Below, one piece after another: positions 26,900 through 39,383 of a DNA stretch of 50,153 nucleotides. The translations under genes were made by a program, and so were the position numbers. This DNA comes from Conidiobolus incongruus B7586 (Eukaryota), in assembly GCA_000697335.1 (NCBI GenBank), contig JNEM01008434.1:1-50153 (forward strand). Direction: 5' to 3'. The notes beneath the pieces are model-generated. The model was not told the DNA's origin and made no database searches. It saw only the letters and a list, made by a program, of their open reading frames with translations. Every line of letters begins with the position of its first letter. Positions within the stretch are counted from its first letter, which is position 1.

Positions 26900-29800
26900 C
26901 TTTCACGATCTCCAACAACATAAAATTTCAGAATAATTTTTAATTTGTTGAAGTACGATTTATCAAAAAAAGATTGGTGATTTTACTCTTTTTTATACCC
27001 AAGAAAAGGATAATATATCGCGTTCGGGAATTAACCAATTGAATTGAATTCAATTTTTAATTCACATTAAAAATTTAGTGATAACGATTGATAAATTGTA
27101 AATTTGGTATTAAACGTAGATAGAGTGAAGATTCAAGCGATGGTTTGATTACTTTTGATAATATTAGCTGGTTTATAGTTGAATGAATTCTAAAACTGTA
27201 TGGATAACATGTTTAATTCTAAATCTAATCATGGGGAATTTATATTCAATTAATTCTTAAGCAAAATTTTTGATGATAAAATAAAAAAATTAATAAATGG
27301 AATTTAGCGATTATATCCAAGTAATTTTACAGATTATTGTGACAATTTTAGCTAAAATATTTCAATGATAAATATTATAAAAATTTTGATTATTTATAAC
27401 TAATTGTACTATTTCAATTTAACAATATTAGAGTTACATGGTCAAGAAATCCAAAATATTACCAAACTTTTAAAATAGCAAATGATATTAAATGATTAAT
27501 TTTTGAAAATTATTTCATAAGCGTTTATCTTAAAATGAATCAATTATATTCAGAACTATGATAAAATTTATATATTAGAGTATAATTATGGTTTATCATC
27601 ATACTCCATTAATAATTGTGTTAATTTTTATCATTAATTATTTTAGTAATGAATTGTTAAGGAATTATAGTATTACAAATAATTTTGTTTCTATTAAGTA
27701 TTTAATATATTTAAATAAAAAAATTTTGATTAAATATTAACGAGTTCAAATAATTCAATATAATTTATAAAATTTAAGAAATATTTATTAAAATTGTAAT
27801 TTATTTGAATTATATTTAAATATTAAATAGAATTATTAAATCTCAATTTCTTCATAAATAATCAATACTTTAATATATTAATATATTAATTAATTTTAAA
27901 AAATCTTTTAAATTTTGTAGTTATATTTTTAAAAATAATTGACTTAAAATTTTATATTAAGATTTGGATTGAGTAGTAAAATAATAAAGTATATCAACGA
28001 AATAGCTTATAATATAATATTTTAATACCAATTCTACTCATGATTTTTGAACCAATCATCAATTATAGCTAATAATTTGTCTTTTATGAGATTTCAAAAT
28101 TTAAACAAGAAATAAGAATAAAATTTAAGAAAAAAAAATATTTGAAATATTTCAAAATTAATCAATTGAATATTACTAAAAATCACACCAATAAAACTAC
28201 AAAGCAAATAAATTTATAAATATGACAATGACAATAATAATAATAATAATATTAATATAAGCGATTTCTTTACATATGGTATATAATTTCAATGCTTGAA
28301 TAATTAGTGTGGTTTTACTAGCATTTCCGCTATATTTTAAACTACTTAGCATTTTATGAAACATTGATATACTATCTATTAGAAAAATACTATATAGTAA
28401 TCAGTAAAATATCAATAATTAGTTGATAAATTACATATGTTCTGATAAATCTGAAATTCAGAATCATATGTTTTATATTAATGAAATATGAATATAGCAT
28501 TCTATTCATGTTTCAAATATATTGTCAGCTTAGGTAGTATTTGAAGAGTATATTAATAATATAAAATGAAGAATACTCAATTATATTAGATGATATTGAA
28601 AGCTGATATATATATATATATATGAATTGCAATAATTATTACAAATTTCAAAAATAATTTTTATTTAGTTTCAAAATTGAAAGAAAAAAGAACATATTAA
28701 AAATTTTAATTTATAATTTTAAAATTTTATATTAAATATTAAAATTAATTAAATATTGTTATAAAAATATTTAAAAGTAAAATAAATATAGAAATTTAAA
28801 AATTTAATATTCCGAGTAATGAACTTATAGAGTTTTGTGAATTTTATACTTTCTTGAATTTAGAAAAGATGAGCAACTATGCAGATGTCAAAGGATTAAT
28901 GCAATACCGTAATTGTCCTCAAGAATTGAGGCATTCCACAGCTTTTTTTAATTTTATACTAATATATATTGAAATTATTTTGTAAAGGTATATTAGCTAT
29001 TATTGGTATCTTTGAATAATTTTATTACAATCGGATATAGATTAAATTTGGAGCAATATTTAGCAGAAATTATTGGACTGTTAAATCATTTTACAAATAG
29101 CTAATTGAATAATTGTTCAAAATGCTTACTCATAGTTATGATCTCATATATTCAAATTATTCTAGGCGTTAAGGGATAAGGTAGTGTTTGTAAATAAGGA
29201 GCTGTCAAATTTTAGGCTAATGAATCATTGTTCTTTTTTACAATTATTTCTAGACTCTGAAATTGAGGGTTGACTTCAAATTCAACACTAGTAAAAAGAA
29301 AATAAATAGCAAAATGTGTTCAAAGTAGTGAAATATATAATATTGGAATATAAAGCTCATATAATATTGTACATTAGAGGATTACGAGCATTCTTATAGC
29401 TTAATGCGAAAGCGGTGACACATTTCTTATCTATTTCAGAAAATGGAAAAATTTATTTTGGCGTGCATTGGATAAATTGCCACTTTTCCGAGGATGGTGG
29501 ATGGTAGATATATTAATACAATTCAATATATATAATTCTTTGTAATTATTAAAAGGTTATAATGTTTAAATATGGAGTATTAGTTTGAATCATAGATATT
29601 ATATTGCGTTCGTCATTTTAGTGTATTGAAATAAATTAATTAAAATTAACTTGTAATAATTATGTACTAATATGTCATCACTATTATAACCAATAAAATA
29701 TCAAATTGTTAAGTCACTGTATTTATATGGTTTCAATGGAAAAAAATCATAAATAAGTTTAATTTTAAAAATACTACAAAATTCTTGAAATATCTGGAGG

Positions 29801-31235
29801 TACTTAAGCAATCCAATATTACAGAGCATGTTAAATGAGTGGTTTTCAAGTTAATTTTTGCTGCAAGTTAAACCATATCATAAGAGCGTCGAGTTTTTCT
29901 AGAATATCGTTTTTCCAAATGTGATTCAAACTCACACTACAATACTGTCATATGTGAAAAGTAATTTATATGTTCAAAAATTTTAATTTCACATGATTTG
30001 CATAGTAGTAATTTTTAATTAAATGGTTAGATCTTATAAAACTGTCATGGTAATAAAATAAATATATCTATTTATAATAAGGCAATTCCCAAATTGAGAA
30101 CGAAATATTGGTTATATTATCTAAAATTACTCTCTGTATTTGTAAATATACCTATATTTGTTATATATTTATTATTAATTTTGAAATTTATATTAAATAA
30201 TTGAAAAATTTACTAATATTAAAAGTAAACTGCATAATAAAAAATTTGATATTAATATTTATTCATATTAGAATTATTAATCAAAATAAATTTGATTTGA
30301 GTATAATCAATCATAATTATTAAAAATAATAATTAACAAATCTATACTATAAGCACATACTTACCAAGTAAACCTCAAGATAATTACTTTTAATATCATG
30401 ATACTCCCCTTTTAGCAAGAGCACAATCACTCTGTCTCAAATTCAAGTATTGATGTATATTTATCCGACAAACTTCTTTTGCTAATATTTTTTAAAAAAA
30501 TTGCCCATTTACTAATACTAAACAAGTTTAATTTTATTGTAGTTATAAAATTATTAAATCAGATTAATTGTTAAAATAATAAAATTATTGGGACTATTAT
30601 AAATAGAAATTATATTTATATGGGAATTTTTTTTAAAAAAATTATTATTTCAGCTATCTCCGATTAAATAAAAAAATTCAAAAATAAAATGGATAACATT
30701 TAAAATGAAATATTATTTTAAAATATTTAAATTTCTTTTTTAAAAAAAATTCTTATTAATATATTAGAATAAATCATAAATATTTATTCAGAATTAAATA
30801 TAAATTTATTATAAAAAGAAGTATATACCTTAATAATAAAATATTTTAATCTATACTAAATTTAAATTTTATTTTATAAAGTATAGATTTAATGTCAAAT
30901 TTCGTAATAAAGAAAATTCAAAGGGGGGCGCGGGGAAATAAATGCATAAGAATGTCAATTTACAATTGAGTTAGCCGAATTTGGATTCGATACCTTTTTT
31001 TCCTTTTTTTTAGAATGATGCCATGATTTCAACACCAAGATTCATTAATTTATGAATATTTTTTATATATATTAAAAAAATTATGATAATTAATATTTGG
31101 AATATACCTTCTAATATTGAAGCCATTGCTATCTTACCATTTATTTTACATTTCTATTTTTATGGTTTAAATTCCACTTTTATAATAAAATTTTGAAAAA
31201 TTAAAAAATATTAAAAAAATTATTTCATTATTAGT

Positions 31236-31238
<3 letters not shown>

Positions 31239-31266
<28 letters not shown>
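31239..31266. repeat. (AT)14 microsatellite
   Basis: Direct read of an uninterrupted AT dinucleotide run. Confidence 0.9.
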
Positions 31267-31269
<3 letters not shown>

Positions 31270-31924
31270 AATATTTTTAGTAATTAAAAGAATAGTATAT
31301 AGTAAAGATTTAAAAAATTTTCTACTAAAATTTCAAACTCAGTGTTGATAACTTTTGAAACAAGACTAAAACTAAACCTAAATAGGGATAATACAAAATA
31401 TTTTCCTAATTATATTAACATCAGTTAGATGATGTGGCTTCATGCTTGAACTATGACTAAAGCAACATATTGAATTACGAATTATTTGATTCGACAATCA
31501 TTATTGATATGTTTATTAGATATGATTTCTTCCGAGTGAGTTAAGCTAAACTAGTTAGATAGATAAAAAGGAAGGAAGGATTTCTAGCTATTCGGACGTT
31601 AATTGAATTTGACAAAAAGGTGGAGTAATCAAAGTAATTATTTGGATTATACAATTTCATTAATGAGTTTTAAAATATCAAGGCACAATTGGTGGGAAAA
31701 TAATCTGTCCTGATAAATTAAAGTATCCACCTTAATAAAATTGATTGAGAGTATAAATAGCCTATTGGAATGAACTCATAAAAACTTGATTTCTCGCTAT
31801 CTCATTTAATGGTTGTCATCCCTTCTTCACTTACATCGCCGCTTTCTTGCTCAATTTAATTTATTAAGATAAATTTATTATTTTTATCTTTATTTCACTA
31901 TAGCATATTTTATTTAATAATTCA

Positions 31925-33040
31925 ATGGCTGAAACCGCTCCATTTCACCCGATTCTCAAGCCTAAATTCCCTTATCATCTGTTAGCTCACCCAGTTGATC
32001 TTATCATTAATTATCCTCATCTTGTCACTCCTTCACCACTACCTAAGGGCGCTCATAGTACTTACAGCTTATCACACAACCAATGCACTCAACCACCATC
32101 AATTCCAATAAGCGTTCCCTCCACCAATATGATGCAAGCAATTGAAAAGATTCAAACTCCCTTGCAACAGAAATACCAAAGCATTAAAATCAAACTTATT
32201 ACTGCTGGAGGGCCTCAAATATTTTTAGTAGAGAGGAAACAAGATTTAAAATTAATGGGCGCTAAAGAGTTTGAAGATATTTCATCAGAACATAGTCAGA
32301 GCACGCAGGATTATATTAAACAAGTGCTAAAAGAGTTTTCCCTATCGAAATCCATGAAGCATCCCAATTTACTTAATATTTACGACGTATGCAGAATTGG
32401 ACCGATGAAGTTCGTTGGTATTATTGACTATTGTCCCAAATCTTTGCTCACACTAGTTAATTATTCATCCCTTAATTCCAAACAAATTATTAGATATATG
32501 GAACAATTATGCAGCGGCCTGCTGTATCTGCATAACGAGATGGAGTTGGCTCATACCAATCTCAAACTAGAGAACATTATGGTGGATAGGAACGGCACGC
32601 TAAAGATATCTGAATTTAGTTTCGTCCAATCACTGGCCGAAAAATCCACTGTTGACTTTTTCAGTAACCATTTCTCTTATCTCAACAAACATCAAATCGA
32701 TTTAGAAAGGAAGATTTTGCGAGGTTCTGAGCCCTATTTAGCACCTGAACAATTCGATTTGAAAGATTCTAAACTAACAAAAGTTCTTCCGCAGTTTTGG
32801 ATTCAAGGAGATACTTGGAGTTTGGGGATTATTTACATTCAGCTGTGCTCTGGAGGCTATTTACCCTGGGAAGTTGCTAAAATTGAAGATGATCAATATC
32901 GCTATTACTATGAAACTGGTTCTCATTATTTGGACGAATTAGTCAAATTTAAGGGTAACCCAATCATTGCTTCTGCACTTCTGAGTATTGAGCCGATAAA
33001 TCGTCCTAGATTAAAGAGTTTATTAGAAGCTTTACGCTAA
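31925..33040 (+). CDS. HAL/NPR-family-like Ser/Thr kinase-fold protein, probable pseudokinase, 371 aa
   Basis: Kinase subdomains AKEF, KEFSLSKSMKHPN, GSEPYLAPEQF, GDTWSLGIIY and LPWEVAK are present, but the catalytic loop reads HTNLKLEN and DFG reads EFS. Confidence 0.88.
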   Translation: MAETAPFHPILKPKFPYHLLAHPVDLIINYPHLVTPSPLPKGAHSTYSLSHNQCTQPPSIPISVPSTNMMQAIEKIQTPLQQKYQSIKIKLITAGGPQIFLVERKQDLKLMGAKEFEDISSEHSQSTQDYIKQVLKEFSLSKSMKHPNLLNIYDVCRIGPMKFVGIIDYCPKSLLTLVNYSSLNSKQIIRYMEQLCSGLLYLHNEMELAHTNLKLENIMVDRNGTLKISEFSFVQSLAEKSTVDFFSNHFSYLNKHQIDLERKILRGSEPYLAPEQFDLKDSKLTKVLPQFWIQGDTWSLGIIYIQLCSGGYLPWEVAKIEDDQYRYYYETGSHYLDELVKFKGNPIIASALLSIEPINRPRLKSLLEALR

Positions 33041-36000
33041 CATTATTTAATATATATATATATATATCTATTACCAATGTATTTATAATAAAAAAATTCA
33101 ATAAATCATTAATCTAATATATTATTTATTTTTTTATCATAATTTTTTATATAAAAATTTTTCAGATATATTATTATTATTATTATTATTATATTTTACA
33201 TAAATTTTTATGTGATTATTAAATTATAATTTTTTTATTAATAATTAATTAAATAATTATCAATAATACTAAAGTTAGGATGATAATCATTACATATTTT
33301 ATTAACAATAGAATACAATACATGTTGATATGATCACTATATTGGGTTAGTAATTAATTATTTTTTTTCATTAATTTAATTCTTATTTTTTTTTGTAATT
33401 TTAAAGAGTAAGTCTCAACAATTGTTAAACTAATCTTTAATAGAGGTTCTTGTATCCTTAAGTCTTTTAAATTTCATAATTAATTATATTATATTATATT
33501 ATATTATATTGAACTTAATAATTTAATATAATCATTTTTTTATATATTTAGTATTTTAAAAAAATAATTCTATTTTTATCATATTTATTCAATTTTTTTT
33601 TCTAACTTTTGAAATTTGTTTTTAAATTTAATATTTAAATAGGTTTATTAATAAATAATAATTAATAATGGATCCTTATATTAAGTTTATGCATTGTATT
33701 TTAACTAATTAATCATTATCAAAAAAATTTTAAATTAAATTTACAACTTATATTCTTTTTAATTTTAAGTATTAAACTAATCTTGAATTAAATCATTAGA
33801 TATGTACAAAATAGTGACTGAATGTTGGGCCTAATTCATAGATGTATTTTTCTGTTAAAAATAATATTAATAGAAAGAAATTGGCTTAGAGATACCATTT
33901 TTAATTCGAATCTTAATTTTTTAGTATTAGAAATAATCTCATACTACTATTATACTATACATGTAAATATATTAAATTTTTTATAAATGAAGTATATACA
34001 TAAACATAATCTGCTAATAAATTTATTTTAATACAATTTAAGTAATCTCAGTTTTGCGAATACCTAATAATGATCTTATTGTATTAATAGATAAATTACC
34101 TCTCAAACAGATTTTTTTTTCAATTTAACTGGCTTGGCGCTATTTTTTTAATTTAATATTTTACAAGTCACATTTTTCACCTATGATGTATTTATAATGC
34201 AATATGGATAATATTTGTTTAGTTTTATAATTTGATGTTAATATTTATTTAATTTTTTTTTCAAATGAATGCAAATAATAATGAAAAATGTGTGTAAATT
34301 TAAGGATTTTGAATATTACATTTAAATAAGTAAATTATTTTAAAATCTGGATTTATCATTTAGTTAAGATAAATATTAATATAGTATTCAACATAAATAT
34401 ATAATAAAAACAACAATATTATATATTGAATAACATATTATATAGATAGAGAAGCATTAAATATTGATTATTTCAACAATTTCAAATCCAATGAAAGATC
34501 AAAAAACAGCTAATCTATGTCTATAGCATATTAATAATATTTTTAATATCTCAAAAATAAAAAAATCTAAATATTAAGATTATTACGATTAGCTATAGCA
34601 CTGAAATTTGCCAAATTACAGATAGCGTATTAAATTAAACACAACTTTAAATTTAACAAATTGATTACAAATTTATATATTATTAAGTTGAGGTGAATAT
34701 AGTTATTTTCATTTATAGAATTTCAAAGATGAATGTTTAATTGAACTAATATATAACAAAAATCAAAGCCTTAATCTCAAAAATCTATGAAATCTATTTT
34801 AGTATTGTGAAAAATAGTGATTTATTAGAGATAACCATTTTCGAATATAAGACATATATAGATATATTGATGAGTTTAATAAAATGGATTTATAATAATA
34901 TCAAAATTACAAAAATGTAATATTATTTCAGTAATTATCATTGAATTAATGATAATAAAATCAATATATTTTGCATTTATAATACTGATATAGAATTATA
35001 AACCGTCAAATTTAAGATTTATAAATAAAAATTAAAAAATTTTTAATTTAAAATTTTGTTAATTTAATATTATTAATAATATTTAACAAAAAAATTAATA
35101 ATTTGATAATATATTTACGGATTTTAAAAATTCACCACTTAATTTAATCACATTAGTTCAATTGTAATAAAACTATGTTTAATACAAATAGTCTTCCAAC
35201 TAAAAAAATAATTTTTGGAACATGTAAGTTGTTTTAATATATATTAGATTATTATATATATAATATAATATAACTAGCATTATGGTTATGAAATTTTAAT
35301 ATTCCGTATGTCTCAATAATTTGGACTTTTCAAAGAATTTGAGAAAAAAATTGAATCCTGCAATTAACAGGAATATATTTTATTATAAATCAATATGATA
35401 AAAATTATACTTGATTATATTTAAAAAGAATTGTGATTGAGAAAACATCATATATTTAATGATGATAAATAGTAGTTTCATTTAAATATTGCTACATATT
35501 GGCGTCTCAAAAACATTAATATTTTTCAATAAAATGAATATATTTGTCTTTAATAGCATAATTTAAATTTAACTTTAATATTACTATCGGCGAAAATATT
35601 ACTATGATCTCAACAAAAATTATAGAATAATATCTAATATTTGGAATTTCAAATACTAATGGTGTTTTTAATTATAATATTTGAATATATTCTGAACATA
35701 CTATTATGCAATAATTCAACATATTATTCTTTATTTGAAAATTATTTTCAAGATTTTATTCAAGTTTTTATTCTAATGATTTTATATTATAAAATTTACT
35801 GATTCACTTTTTATACTATTATGCATAAAAATGAAAAATGAACTAAATCATCTATTTTTGAGTATCAAACATTATAATAATGAAATATTTTATTAAATTT
35901 ATTAAAGTTATATTTCTTAAATCTTCATTTATATTAGTGAATATATTTAAAATTTTTAATATAAATTTTCATTATTAGAAAGTTTCTAAGGCTAAAAAAT

Positions 36001-36463
36001 AGATGATTTAGTTTATTTAGCATTTTTATGCATAATAGTATTTTGTTAATCAGTGTTTGGTATCCAAGATATAAAGTAGATTAAAAACAAATATACTATT
36101 ATTAATCATTGTAACTTTTGATATATTCTAATATTCTAAAGAAATATTTAATTTAATAACAAAAACTTAATTTTTCTAATTTCAATATGCAAAAAAAATT
36201 CAAAATAATCTTTAAATATTGAATTATCACTATTTTTTGGAAATTACTTCAGCATAATTCCTAAATGTACTAACCATTTAAAGAATATGGAATATAAGAA
36301 AATTTCATTAATCCCCCCTTTTTTTATAATCAGTATTAGCATTTTTTAATTTTTGATAATTTTAAAATATTAGATTAAATATTTATATTTTTTTCAAAAT
36401 TCTTAATCAAAAAAATTTTTTTCTGCACTGAATTCAGAAATTCAATACCCTATATTATCTCTT

Positions 36464-36808
36464 TATATTGTCACCAACGGGTCTTCCAACTCGTTCAACT
36501 TTCACAATTCGAATCGCTCATCATCCCGATATAGATCCACCTGCAACGTGATCAACAAATACCCCCGACCATCGGAATCAATCATTCCATCCGACGTGTT
36601 ACCCGAAGGCTAGGAAGACGCGTCAATCCAACTATTAATATACCGACTACAGCCCAGTTGCTATGTCGGTCCTCTTTCCAGGGCTCTGCACCACAATATA
36701 GGTTAATTAATAAACTACCACTTTATATTATTTAACAAGCGCCGCTGAGGTAGACGATTATTAACCTAATTTTATTAAGCACCTGACTTGCCCGCCTGTA
36801 TCAATATA
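36464..36808 (-). ncRNA. Unidentified structured RNA candidate (~340 nt)
   Basis: GC island with no ORF of 60 aa or more. It has several long helices whose wobbles are G-U only on the minus strand, and a cUUCGg tetraloop at 36608-36603. I could not recognise a family. Confidence 0.55.
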
Positions 36809-37348
36809 ATTAAATAATTTAAAAAGCATCTACCTTTATTCAAGAATTATAAATAATATATCAAATTTCTGAATATAGTTAAACAAATTCTAGGGAATAA
36901 TAATAAATTAAAATAAAATAATAAAAAAATTTTAATATTTATTAACAATCATAATTTAAATATTTAATTTAAAATTAAAAATTAATTAAATTTTTATAAT
37001 TTTAATTAGATTAATTTATATTGTATTCTTTAAAAAAATAAAAAAAAATAATATAAATACTTATAATAATTTAACTCAATTATATTTCAAAAATATTCTA
37101 TTAAATAATTTATATAGTTTATAAAAACCTCAATTTAATAAGAATTATGGTATTTTAAAATTCAAAACTAAAAAATTCGCATTTGTTATTATCATCAAAT
37201 TTAAAAATATTAAAATAAATATGCTAATATGCAAAAAATAATATTTTATTCTCCTATTGTATATTTTTTTTAATTTTTTTTCTTTTTAATTTTTTTTTCT
37301 TAGGAGATAAAAAGAGTAATAATTAACAAAGAAAAGGAAGTAAACGCA

Positions 37349-39383
37349 TTAGGTTTGAAGTTTCTTGGTGGGAGGTAACTCCAAGTCAGATTGGGAGAAC
37401 GAGAGAGTTTCGTTGACGTTATTGTCGCCGCTGGGGGAGAGGTCTCGTTTAACCGCTGTGGAATCGAAATTCTCCTCCTCTTCCTCCAGAGGTGGGATGC
37501 CTAAATAAAAAGATGAATGATAGTTAATATGCTAAACATTATGAAGATAGTGGGGAATATGCTAGTGCTGTAAACCCGAGAATAAAATTTGGCAAGATGC
37601 ATGTGAGTACCTGATTCGTCTAAGTCGGGTTGGATGATATGACAAAAATCATTCCAACCATAGATTTTAATGGCTTTAAGTTCTTCAATATAAGCTTCGT
37701 CCCATTCTTCACCTGACTTTGAAACGAATTTGGGCTTCAAATCGGAGTTGGATTCCCAAATTTCTCCAAGGGACTTATTCGTTGGAATTTTCTTGCAGTC
37801 TTCAGGTTTTGGATTGCTTAACTTTAATAACGATTGATCTCTCATCGATTGCAAACCGAAATGAATTGGAATGATAGGCTCTAGAACCTTCTTCAAGTCG
37901 GGACTTTTAATATCTAATGGAACGGGATACACAAGGAAATGATGAGGCTGAGGAGTTAAGGTGGGTTCAACACTGTCCAAACTGATATAAGGAAAATAGG
38001 ACCAAACCTGAGATAATTTGTTGAAATGTTGAGAAATGGTTTTAGGAATGTATTCATCTTGAACAGTAGGTGAAGGAAGAGGCATAGCATTGGAAAATTC
38101 ACGATTGTAAAGGTATCTATAAAAATGTACGAATACTTTTCCGGTACAAAATGCATCGTATCCTGCATTGTGATAAGAGTTGGAATTAAGTAGTGAGGCT
38201 TCATCAGGGAATTTGGGATCAACAACAATTGGAGATGGATCAAAGGAAAATGGCTGAGATTTGATACCTTGCATAAGTGTGCTCAAACTTAGAGAATTGT
38301 TAAAAAACTTGGATATTATAGGGTGTTGCGATGCCAAGTATCTTGTATCAATCACAGAAGGAAAAATTTGATTAACTACTTGTTTCCATTCTTCAATAGT
38401 TTCAGGAAGAGCGCCATAAAAGTGGTGGAGTAAAAAGGATAAATCTAATTGCATGTGGTGTCCGATAATAGGGATGCTGTGGTCCTTAATGATCTGCATC
38501 AATGAGTAAATATCCAAAGACATCGATTGTTCAATAGGTTGGCGAACAATTTGGATACCATTAGGAATTTCAAAATACTTAACAGCATCATTAAAGATTT
38601 CTTGAGCTATTTTAAGACATAATTTAGAAGTGTACTTGTTTCCTGCTTTGATATTCATCTTGTCAGCTTGTGTTGGATCTGAACTCCAAGACTCTAAAAT
38701 AGCGATCAAGTTTTTTCTAAAATCTGGATTGTAAATATCTAGTTCATGCGTTATTTCTTCCAAAGGATCTTTTTTAATTACGACAGGTTCCGATGGGAAA
38801 GCATTAAAATCTATTCCCTTTTCTATCCATTCATCGAAACTGAGGCCATTTTTCCTGAGGAAAGACACAGCGTCAGAATTTAAATAGAAACTTCTTTCCT
38901 TTGGGAAGAGCATAATATTAAAAGGTCGAGCAGTTAATCGTGTACTTTCAGGGTCTTGAATAAAAGGGCACAACCCTAATTGAATAGGAAGAAAATTTTC
39001 TGCAGCTTCTTTTTGCTCTAAATAGCGTTCTTGTAAACTTTGGAGATAGTGTGGTTTTTGATTTCCACTCAAGGAAACTCCAGTCATTTCAAGGTCTATA
39101 GCTATAAATGAAGCAGATTTTAAACTGTTAGCAATAAATTGATATTGCGAAAGAAAATTGCTATTATTGATGTCCATTATGGGTATGGAATGATACGAGT
39201 TATTGAGTAATTGATTAAATTTAAGTTTAAGACTTCTTTGGTTATTAAAAGGTTTAATTAATAGTTGAGAGAGGAAATTAGAGAAAGAGTAAGAACGAAT
39301 CAAGCTTAGCTGAGCTTTGATATAGTCTAGAAAATATATGTTTGAGTTAAATTAATAAAGAAAGGCACACTTTAATTACTCAT
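37349..39383 (-). CDS. PARN: Poly(A)-specific ribonuclease PARN/PNLDC1-like (CAF1/DEDD family); proposed exons 39383-39380, 39326-37611, 37500-37349; second in-frame ATG at 39177
   Basis: DEDD motifs IAIDLEMTG, GHHMQLDL and HNAGYDA, plus QLGLCPF and DTRYLA. GT-AG introns at 39379-39327 and 37610-37501 give in-frame terminal exons. The terminal exon structure is inferred. Confidence 0.88.

Noticed and set aside
36475..36492. GAGUUGGAAGACCCGUU resembling the 3' end of a cobalamin riboswitch
   Set aside because: The GGGAA/GGUG core and B12 box are absent, and no downstream gene is nearby on that strand.
36500..36524. Hammerhead-like core AUGAUGA-stem-GAAA on the minus strand
   Set aside because: The invariant C3 (which pairs with G8) is A, and no convincing stems I/III with an NUH cleavage site were found.
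36699..36770. TAACCTA(A) as a telomerase template for TTAGG repeats
   Set aside because: It lies inside a predicted helix, no TTAGGG-type template is present, and the telomere repeat of this organism is unknown; not supportable alone.
36779..36796. GGGCAAGTCAGGTGC (minus strand) similar to an SSU rRNA segment
   Set aside because: Similarity does not extend into the universally conserved CAGCAGCCGCGG that follows; not an rRNA fragment.
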